Origin: Octopus bimaculoides
Taxonomy: Eukaryota
DNA length: 63,466 nucleotides
Assembly (NCBI RefSeq): GCF_001194135.2
Contig: NC_068986.1
Coordinates: 78,082,007 to 78,145,472 of the forward strand
Direction of reading: 5' to 3'
Shown in pieces: positions 54,388 through 63,466 of this stretch (within the stretch, counting starts at the first letter, position 1; every line of letters begins with the position of its first letter). Position numbers and translations under genes: made by a program. The notes under the pieces were generated by a model, which saw only the letters and a list, made by a program, of their open reading frames with translations, did no database searches and was not told where the DNA came from.

Positions 54388-54815
54388 CTACTCTAGGCAC
54401 AAGGCCTGAAATTTTTGGGGAGGGAGACAGTCAATTAGATTGACCCCAATATGCAACTGGTACTTAATTTATTCACCCCGAAAGGATGAAAGGCAAAGTT
54501 GACCGCTGTGGAATTTGAACTCAGATTGTAAAGACAGACAAAATACTGCTAAAAATTTTGCCTGGCATGCTAACGTTTCTTATTTCTTTATTGCCCACAA
54601 GGGGCTAAACAGAGAGGGGACAAACAAAGACAGACAAAGGAATTAAGTCAATTACATCGACCCCAGTGCATAACTGGTACTTATTTAATCGACCCCCGAA
54701 TGGATGAAAGGCAAAGTCGACCTCGGCGGAATTTGAACTCAGAACGTAATGGCAGACGAAATATCGCTAAGCATTTCACCCAGCGTGCTAACGTTTCTGC
54801 CATCTTGCCTCCTTC
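54388..54815 (-). mobile_element. Dimeric SINE family B
   Basis: Two head-to-tail units that share the AGAAACGTTAGCA motif at the junction (about 54565-54580). Confidence 0.8.
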
Positions 54816-55818
54816 ATGTTCACATTATTGAAGTGTATTGAAAAAAATTGAACTTTTAAAGTAATCATTATGCTTAAAATGTATTTTCAGCAAATAATGA
54901 GTTTTTTTCAAAAAGTCTTTTAAAATATATCATTAAAGCAAATTTGAGATTGTTAGTCAAATACTTGGAGATATAATTAATGTCTACGGAAAAAGATCTT
55001 TGAAGTTTAATAAAATAAGTATTAATAATTCTTTCAACTATAGGCATTGAATGTGAAATTTCCTTTGGTGGAGCCCACTACTCAATTATATTGACCCCAG
55101 GGTCCAACTGGTACTTATTTTATCGTCCTCAAAAGGATGAAAGACAAAATCGACTCCAGTGGAATTCGAACTCAAAAGGGACAAAATGCTGGTAAGCATT
55201 TTATCCAGCATGTTAACAATTCTGCCAGCACATCACCATAATAAGCTTTAATAATAATGCAAACAAACATACTTGCATATGTGATTAGTCCATATTATTA
55301 TATCTATGCCTTTGGATCTCAAGGCTATATCATGGGTTACAGAGAGTAAGATTAATCCTTTTGTGGCCATATTTATAATGAGCAGATCACCTGTTTAAAT
55401 TAATTTTCAATATAGCCAAACTTTTGGAGTGGGGCTAGTAAAATATTTGCAATTCTATGTATTTGTATAATATGCTCATGTTGACTGACTGAAAGCTAAC
55501 AATATCATTCATGCTATAATCTGATTTTAATTGAGATTTTAATTTAAGTACAGGCACCTAAATACAGATCATCTAAAGTGAGTTGGTATTAAATGGTTGA
55601 AAAAGGACTGTCTTTGTGAAATGCATACAATCAATGTAATTCAAATGACAGTGTTTGTTCTTTCCAAAGAATATATACACAGTAAAAGTCTCCACATATC
55701 TTTAAAAGCTAATGGAACACTGGTCACTTTCACAGTGCTACCATAGCTTTTTTTAATGTAAGGTGTCTGCTCTGCAATACTTATTTATGGTGAGATGGTC
55801 CAGATTATCGGTAACATA

Positions 55819-56363
55819 CAGGGGTTGGACAAAATAATGGAAACACCTAGCATCATTGCATCATAACTTTGAAATATCTATAAAACCATCAAAAGCTTGT
55901 TTATTTTTATGTTTTTTGATTTATTATTAGTGTTGCTTAATATGTTTTGCTAAAATTGCTGTTTCTTTTCAGACATCATCAGAAAAAGGTAATTAAAATT
56001 CATTAAAATGACTGATCAAAGAAGTCAAATTGCTGGTGCTCATATGGCAGGTGCTAGCGTAATGAAAACAGCCAAAATGTTTGGTGTATCAAGAAGTACT
56101 GTCTTGAAAGTAATGACAGCCTTTGAGAATGAAGGAAAAACCTCCTTGTCGAAACAAAACTCCAGAAGAAAACCAAAACTTTCAGATGGGAACTGTCAGA
56201 CTCTTACACGAATTGCTAGAAGGATCACAAAAGTACAGCTCCCAAAACTACTGCAGAACTTAATGGCCACCTTGAGAACCCAGTTTCCACAAAAACCGCA
56301 TGCTGGGAGCTGCACAAAGTCAGATTTCAAGGGAGGGCTGCAATCAGAAAACCACTACTTTCA
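55819..56363 (+). mobile_element. 5' fragment of a Tc1-like transposon (TIR and transposase N-terminus)
   Basis: TA|CAGGGGTTGGACAAAATAATGGAAACA; ORF MTDQRSQIAGAHMAGASVMKTAKMFGVSRSTV...GKT...RKPKLS; after a frameshift KSTAPKTTAELN.HLENPVSTKT...RAAIRKPLLS. Confidence 0.85.
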
Positions 56364-56897
56364 GGCTGTAAAATCAATTGGTTTCACAGTACACCATCAA
56401 TCTTGCCTGCTATAATCTTTGTCATATATACTTTTATTATCATTAAAATTATTCACATCTTAAGTTTCTGTTGCTGTATTTCTAATTCCTTTTTAGTAAT
56501 GTTTCACCAGATCTGAGAGTTTTTATTTAGGCTCCATAGAGATGATGACACAATATTGTGAATGGAAGACAGTTTTGTAAGGATTTCTGAATCATGCAAG
56601 CAAGTGGAAAAATGAAGATTAAGATGACGAGGTTGAAGATGATGATGGCAACAGCAATGATGATGTTGCTGATACTGTCTGTCAATGATGATAATGATGC
56701 TTATAATGAAAATTATCACATTCATCTGAATGTCAGAGACTAGAGTGACTAACTGCTTATTTTGAATTCTTTAAAAGGATACAACATAAGTTAGTTCTGA
56801 GTGTGTGTGAAAGGGAGAAGAAAGATAAGAAGAACACAAACAGGGAAAAGAAGTTAAGAAGGAAAAAGAGAGAGGAAGAAATGAAGAAAATGTCAGG

Positions 56898-57260
56898 CTT
56901 GGCTGTGTGGTAAGAAGTTTGCTTACCAACCACATTATCCTGGGTTCAATCCCACTGCATGGCACCTTGGCTAAGTATCTTCTACTATAGCCTTGGTTTG
57001 ATCAAAAACCTTGTAAGTGGATTTGGTAGATGGAAGCTGAAAGAGACCTGTTGTATGTGTGTGTGTTTGTCCCCCCCCCCACCACTTGACAACTGGTGTC
57101 GGTAAGTTTGCATCCATGTAACTTAGTAGTTCGGCAAACAAGGTTAATGTAATAGGTACCAGGCCTTAAATAAAGTACTAAAATTGATTCGTTCGACTAA
57201 AGATTCTTCAAGGTGGTGCCTCAGCATGACCACAGTCTAATGACTGAAACAAGTAAAATA
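56898..57260 (+). mobile_element. SINE family A, full copy with short internal (TG)n
   Basis: Head GGCTGTGTGGTAAGAAG through tail GACTGAAACAAGTAAAA. Confidence 0.8.
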
Positions 57261-58620
57261 AAATAAATACAATAAGAGACAAGATTTCTTGTTTTATGTA
57301 TTTATTATACTATATGCAACTACACTGGAATATGGTACTTATCAGGACAAAATATAGAAGGAATCTTTCTTTCTAGTTGTTTAGTAAAACGAAAACATAA
57401 TGCAGCTTTACTTTTTCTTGAAGAAATGGGGCTGAGAGATTACTTTTTCTTGAAGAAATGGGGGTGAGGGATTTCTAGATAAGTAAAAGTAGAAATTTAA
57501 ATAAAAATGAAATAGAAAAAAAAAAAAAAATCATCGTAAACAGATATACAAAAGGAGATAAATATATATATATAAATATATATATATGTAAAATTCAGTT
57601 CAGACCAAAATGCTATTACTTGAAGAAATTCACACAAATTACTCTTCCAAGTCACCATGTTAATATGCAATAGAAAATTCTGAAACATGCTAATTCTTAG
57701 TGAAAAACTAGAGATAGATGTTTCTTCAATTATATAATTTCAACGATAAAGTAAACGGCCAAAGGTCTCAAATGAGAAATACAAATCTAAGATGAAAAGC
57801 CATCATCACAACTGCACAAATACATTTTAAAGAATCCTGGTTAGTATTCTGAGTAAAAGAGTAAAAAAGAAAATAGTCTTCTTTAGAAGTAACTTTTTTG
57901 TTTCATAATTTGTTACATCCATAAAATTATAATTAGTTATCAACTAGGATTGATAATGTCTGACTTGGAAAGAATTGTATATAAATCTATTTCTTCATTG
58001 GTTGATATGGAAACTATTCCATTTGACTGTACTGATTAAAGAATTGATCATTTTAAGTTAAAATACCATGTACTGTCAGTGAGACTAATTACTACACAGA
58101 TGTTAAAGTGTATGTTTCAAACTTCTCAAAGTAGAGATTGAAGGTTAGCCATGTAAGTCACCAAGTCAAAATTATTTATCCATCCATCCCAAAATGTCAA
58201 ATGATGAACAATTTTCTTTTTTCTTTATGCTTCACATTAATACCTTATAAAGGAGAGCAGATATAGCATTGGAGTGTACATATACATACATATGGCTGAG
58301 AATTTTAGAGTGTTGTGCTCATGGTTGTGAGATCATGGTTTGCATTTCCTGACTGAGTGTTGCAGTTTGTTCTTGAGCAAAACACTTCATTTCATGTTGC
58401 TCTGCAATCATTTCAGCATCTAACATGTGGCACACTTATGCACCTCTACAGACAATGTTGATTTGTCAGAGGGAGTGAGCTTATGTACAACTCAAACATT
58501 TGGTCCCCTTCAATAAATTATTTATGTGGTTGTTTGGCAAGAAGCTGTAGAACCCTTATACATTGTCTAATGACAGGAAGGATAATATATGTATGTGAGT
58601 TTATAATATATATATATTTT

Positions 58621-58930
58621 TAATTTTGCGCCCTTTAAAAGCCTAGCCAGGCTCATGGGCCCGGTTTCCCAGTTTCTATGGCGTATGTATTTCCCCCCAG
58701 CTGGACGGGATGCCAGTCCATCGCAGCATTACTCAAGAAACAGGAAGAAAGAGTTGGAGAAAGTTGGGGCGAAAGAGTACAACATGGGTCGCCCCCGACC
58801 CCTGCTGGAGCCTCGTGGAGCTTTAGGTGCTTTTCGCTCAATAAACACACACAACGCCCGGTCTGGGAATCGAAACCACGATCCTCCGACCGCGAGTCCG
58901 CTACCCTAACCACTGGGCCATTGTGCCTCC
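58621..58930 (-). mobile_element. Young tRNA-derived SINE with a V-domain-like body
   Basis: Head GGAGGCACAATGGCCCAGTGGTTAGG (A box)...GGTTTCGATTCC (B box); body GCGATGGACTGGCATCCCGTCCAG...GAAACCGGG resembles the V-SINE central domain as recalled; CpG-rich. Confidence 0.7.
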
Positions 58931-59461
58931 GTATATATATATATATATATATACACATGTATAATATCTATGCTTGACAACTCATGCTGGTGTGTTTACA
59001 TCCCTGTGACTTAGCAGTTGAGCAAATGAGACCAATAGAATAAGTACTAGGCTTATAAAATAAGTCCTGGAGTCGATTCGTTCGACTAAACATCCTGCAA
59101 GGCAGTACCCCAGCATGGCCATAGTCAAATGACTGAAACAAGTAAAAGAATAAAAGAAGAATAATGAAGTAAGTATTGCAGTCAATATAAATGGCTAAAT
59201 CTCTCATCCCTGGTTTTGTGCTCAAATTAGAAACAACAACTGCTGCTACCACCCCTACTGTCATCACCATGTCTCAGTCTTTTAGATGTTTATCGAATCA
59301 GAAGTAGGAAATCACTTTCAGATCATTAGCTTGAGATAGGTGGAAGTTACCTTCAGCCTATTTGTTAGGACAGGAGTATAATGACTCATGGCAAAATTGT
59401 ATTATGTGGAATTTAGCATGAAATCTGAAATATTCATATGTACATTAAATATATATATATA

Positions 59462-59690
59462 CAGGATGCAGGAGAAATGTTGCCCTGATTTCAAAGGTTA
59501 ATAAAACCAAACACATGAAGATGCCTGAAAAAACATTGTTTTTCTATGAAGTTCATTAAATGCCATTTTTTCTTTCCGTTTCAGTTAGTACCCACCATGG
59601 CCTGAAGTGGAGAGCATCGTTTTTTCTTGCATCTTCATCTGTTTGTTTTTTTATTAACCTTTGAAATTGGGGCAACCTTTCTGCCACACC

Positions 59691-59693
<3 letters not shown>
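59462..59693. mobile_element. Tc1/mariner-type MITE, 232 bp, with long imperfect TIRs in TA context
   Basis: Left CAGGATGCAGGAGAAATGTTGCCCTGATTTCAAAGGTTAATAAAA versus reverse complement of right CAGGGTGTGGCAGAAAGGTTGCCCCAATTTCAAAGGTTAATAAAA; similarity extends to about 75 bp. Confidence 0.9.
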
Positions 59694-59736
<43 letters not shown>

Positions 59737-61374
59737 NNNNNNNNNNNNNNNNNNNNNNNNNNNNNNNNNNNNNNNNNNNNNNNNNNNNNNNNNNNNNNNN
59801 NNNNNNNNNNNNNNNNNNNNNNNNNNNNNNNNNNNNNNNNNNNNNNNNNNNNNNNNNNNNNNNNNNNNNNNNNNNNNNNNNNNNNNNNNNNNNNNNNNNN
59901 NNNNNNNNNNNNNNNNNNNNNNNNNNNNNNNNNNNNNNNNNNNNNNNNNNNNNNNNNNNNNNNNNNNNNNNNNNNNNNNNNNNNNNNNNNNNNNNNNNNN
60001 NNNNNNNNNNNNNNNNNNNNNNNNNNNNNNNNNNNNNNNNNNNNNNNNNNNNNNNNNNNNNNNNNNNNNNNNNNNNNNNNNNNNNNNNNNNNNNNNNNNN
60101 NNNNNNNNNNNNNNNNNNNNNNNNNNNNNNNNNNNNNNNNNNNNNNNNNNNNNNNNNNNNNNNNNNNNNNNNNNNNNNNNNNNNNNNNNNNNNNNNNNNN
60201 NNNNNNNNNNNNNNNNNNNNNNNNNNNNNNNNNNNNNNNNNNNNNNNNNNNNNNNNNNNNNNNNNNNNNNNNNNNNNNNNNNNNNNNNNNNNNNNNNNNN
60301 NNNNNNNNNNNNNNNNNNNNNNNNNNNNNNNNNNNNNNNNNNNNNNNNNNNNNNNNNNNNNNNNNNNNNNNNNNNNNNNNNNNNNNNNNNNNNNNNNNNN
60401 NNNNNNNATATATATATATATATATATACATACATGATGATAACAATACTAACGATGATGTTTAGCTTTCAATGGTACTGAGTTTGTGAGCACACTGCAT
60501 ACATATGCAATGCAGGCATATATTGCGTGCATTTGTATACCTATACAGAGCCTTTTTGCTGCTGGCTTTTTATTCTTTTCATTGATTCTACTTTTCAGTG
60601 CATGGTTATCTGTCTTTGTTTCTCACTTCCTATATCTCAAGGGAAGAAAAAATTTGTCCGTAAACATACTTATTCTCACACACAGATGCATACTTATATG
60701 TGTTGCTGTTCACACACATACATATGCAGATATAATATGATTATGAATGGTACTGAAAGGACATGACTGATTGACAGAATGAGGAATCAAGAAAGCGCTT
60801 ATCTAATAGGTTAATTAGTTAACTAATCAGGCAATATTAATAAAATGAGTGCACATATTTCTTTGTGGGTAAATGACCTTGCCAAGATACAATATCTGTT
60901 TCAACATGTGCGTTCACATCAAGGATCTTGAAAGTCAATAGAAAACCAATCTATCTATCTATCTATCTATCTAAGTATCTATCTACATGCCTATATATGT
61001 ATTGATATATATATATANNNNNNNNNNNNNNNNNNNNNNNNNNNNNNNNNNNNNNNNNNNNNNNNNNNNNNNNNNNNNNNNNNNNNNNNNNNNNNNNNNN
61101 NNNNNNNNNNNNNNNNNNNNNNNNNNNNNNNNNNNNNNNNNNNNNNNNNNNNNNNNNNNNNNNNNNNNNNNNNNNNNNNNNNNNNNNNNNNNNNNNNNNN
61201 NNNNNNNNNNNNNNNNNNNNNNNNNNNNNNNNNNNNNNNNNNNNNNNNNNNNNNCATGTATATATATTCTTTGTATTATTACATTATTGAACGCACACGT
61301 CCTTTTTTGCAAGTAAGTCTACTTTATTATTCTGACGTGACTCTATCTTTCTATCTATTTATCTATCTGTCTTC

Positions 61375-61705
61375 CTCTATCTTTCTATCTATCCCTCTAT
61401 CCACCTATCTATCTTTCTTCTTACCCATCTCCCCCTCTCGCTCTGCTTCCTTCTGTTATCTTAGCTTCTACTTCATTACTATACACTTCTGTCCCTTCCT
61501 CCTTGTTCCACTTCCCCTCCCTACCATCCTCTCTCTTTCTCTATCTTTCTACCTATCCCTCTATTTACCTACCTATCTATTTTTCTTCTTACTCATCTCC
61601 CCCTCTCGCTTTGCTCCCTTCTGTTGTCCTGGCCTCTACTTCACTGCTATACCCTTCTGTCCCTTCCTCCTTGTTCCACTTCCTCCCTCCACCATCCTCT
61701 CTGCT
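61375..61705 (+). repeat. Two-copy pyrimidine-rich tandem repeat, period about 168 bp
   Basis: CATCTCCCCCTCTCGCT at 61426 and 61594; CTTCTGTCCCTTCCTCCTTGTTCCACTTC is also repeated. Confidence 0.85.
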
Positions 61706-61796
61706 CTAGTGTGACCTGTAGTCAGCTTTGAAGTCAAGACGAACTACTAGCGTTCTACCTCAGATTCGCGTTTGGCCGTACGGCTTTTGAATGTTG

Positions 61797-62384
61797 TTTT
61801 CACTGTCCAATTTTTCCTGTCTTGGTTTGTGTTTGCCACCTTGGAATCCTCTGTGTAGTGGATTGATCCACTACTCAGGAAGAGACTATTTTAGAGTACG
61901 TTCTGTCTTATCTTCGAAACGTCAGGTTAGAATAGAGGCAGCTGATGAAGGAATATTCCAAGTGGCTTTCCGTTTTCCTATGTGTTCGTTCTGTAGTTCA
62001 TTGTTCTAACGTCCTGTACCCTGATATGCATATATATACACATGTATATGTAAGTATGTACATATATGTGTGTATACATGTATATNNNNNNNNNNTTTTC
62101 ACTGTCCAATTTTTCCTGTCTTGGTTTGTGTTTGCCACCTTGGAATCCTCTGTGTAGTGGATTGATCCACTACTCAGGAAGAGACTATTTTAGAGTACGT
62201 TCTGTCTTATCTTCGAAACGTCAGGTTAGAATAGAGGCAGCTGATGAAGGAATATTCCAAGTGGCTTTCCGTTTTCCTATGTGTTCGTTCTGTAGTTCAT
62301 TGTTCTAACGTCCTGTACCCTGATATGCATATATATACACATGTATATGTAAGTATGTACATATATGTGTGTATACATGTATAT
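61797..62384 (+). repeat. Apparently identical 289-bp direct duplication around a 10-N gap (offset 299)
   Basis: 61797-62085 matches 62096-62384; the unit is a CpG-rich repeat containing CGAAACGTC and CTGATGA. Confidence 0.85.
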
Positions 62385-62399
62385 ATATATTCTTTGTAT

Positions 62400-62433
<34 letters not shown>

Positions 62434-63466
62434 CATATCTATCTAAAAAGCAAATATATATATGCAGCCATATGTATATTTGCTTTTTAATATAGTTCAT
62501 TTTTCAGTTGCAGTGCAGATTTAGTTTTATGAGCAAAACTGTTATCAATGTCACCGCCGTCTTCGCTTTTTCTTTTTTATCATTCATTACTAACTTTATT
62601 GTCATCACCACCATCATTGTCATCAGCTTACAAAACAACCAACCAATCTTATCAACTTAATGTGTTAGCATGAAACATTTGTAGCTCCATGAGAGAGAGA
62701 GTGAAAAAGAGAGAGAGAGAGAGAAAGGGAGAGAGAGTGAATATTTTTATTATTACTATGACAGCTGAAGTATCTGCTGTTTATATGATTTACTGCTATG
62801 CCACAGCATATCTACTGCATTGAATGTGTTAAACACATACCTCATAAATCCCATTTGAAAGCTCTTGATAAAATGTTCAGTTTACCATAAAGTGGAATTT
62901 CCAGTTGGTACAGGTGTAACTAGTGGGAAAGTTGAATGTTCCAGTAACAGTTCCAAAGCAAATAGTCCTGTGGTTTAATTCTCATTTCAGCTAAGTCAAT
63001 GAAGATTTGGATTTCTCTGCAAGTCATAGCAGAAGCACCAGCTGCATTAATAAATGGACAGGCTTATTGAGCGTGAAATACCAAAATGACTGGGTATTAT
63101 ATAAACATAAGGGTGAATTCTCTGTCAGTTTTGATTGATGAGTATCTACTTGTTCAATAAACTGAATTTCTACTCTTGAAATTAATGGGAGCATGGCTAA
63201 GTATATCACTGCTATCTTATCTTTTACTTGTTTCAGGGTTTTAGTGGAACAGATCAATCCCAGTACTAATTTTTAAAGCTTGGTGCCTATTCTATTAATG
63301 TCTTAGACTGAATTTCTAAGTTACAAGGACATAAAATAACCAGCACCTGTTGTCATGAGGTGGTGGTGATAGGCAGACAAAGGCACAAAGATAGACAGAG
63401 ATATTTAGGTATATACGTATTGTATATATGTATATATATATATATATGTGTGTGTGTATATATATA

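Noticed and set aside
57408-57475. 32-bp two-copy direct repeat (TTACTTTTTCTTGAAGAAATGGGG)
   Set aside because: A simple local slippage duplication; only two units and no spacers.
58845-58930. tRNA gene
   Set aside because: A and B boxes are present, but there is no convincing anticodon or acceptor stem and it continues into a SINE body. No true tRNA, rRNA or CRISPR array was seen in the window.
62096-62384. Tandem duplication as a biological event
   Set aside because: Apparently identical copies abutting a 10-N gap most likely reflect unmerged contig overlap; long reads are needed.

Overview
AT-rich, microsatellite-dense animal genomic DNA with 13 assembly gaps. The repeat content (CORE-like, Meta-like and RTE-tailed SINEs, RTE LINEs) resembles an octopus/coleoid genome; this is inferred from remembered repeat consensi, not from a search. 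Only one host exon is supportable: a 98-nt minus-strand exon (4125-4222) encoding the domain I S3-S4 voltage sensor of a T-type Ca2+ channel (Cav3). The rest of the window is therefore probably Cav3 intron. It holds several SINE families, decayed RTE LINEs, three Tc1/mariner fossils, three MITEs and simple repeats; almost all ORFs in the supplied track are microsatellite or gap artefacts. Most notable observations: (1) a minimal Penelope-type hammerhead ribozyme motif on the Cav3 sense strand at 11173-11209, with a decayed relative at 1090-1124; (2) an Ile codon in S4 where other Cav3 channels have Val, one A-to-I edit away from Val; (3) a tandem C2H2 zinc-finger fossil missed by the ORF track; (4) a chimeric, locally templated insertion at 39263-39410. 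Repeat boundaries were read by eye and are approximate unless TIRs or TSDs are quoted.
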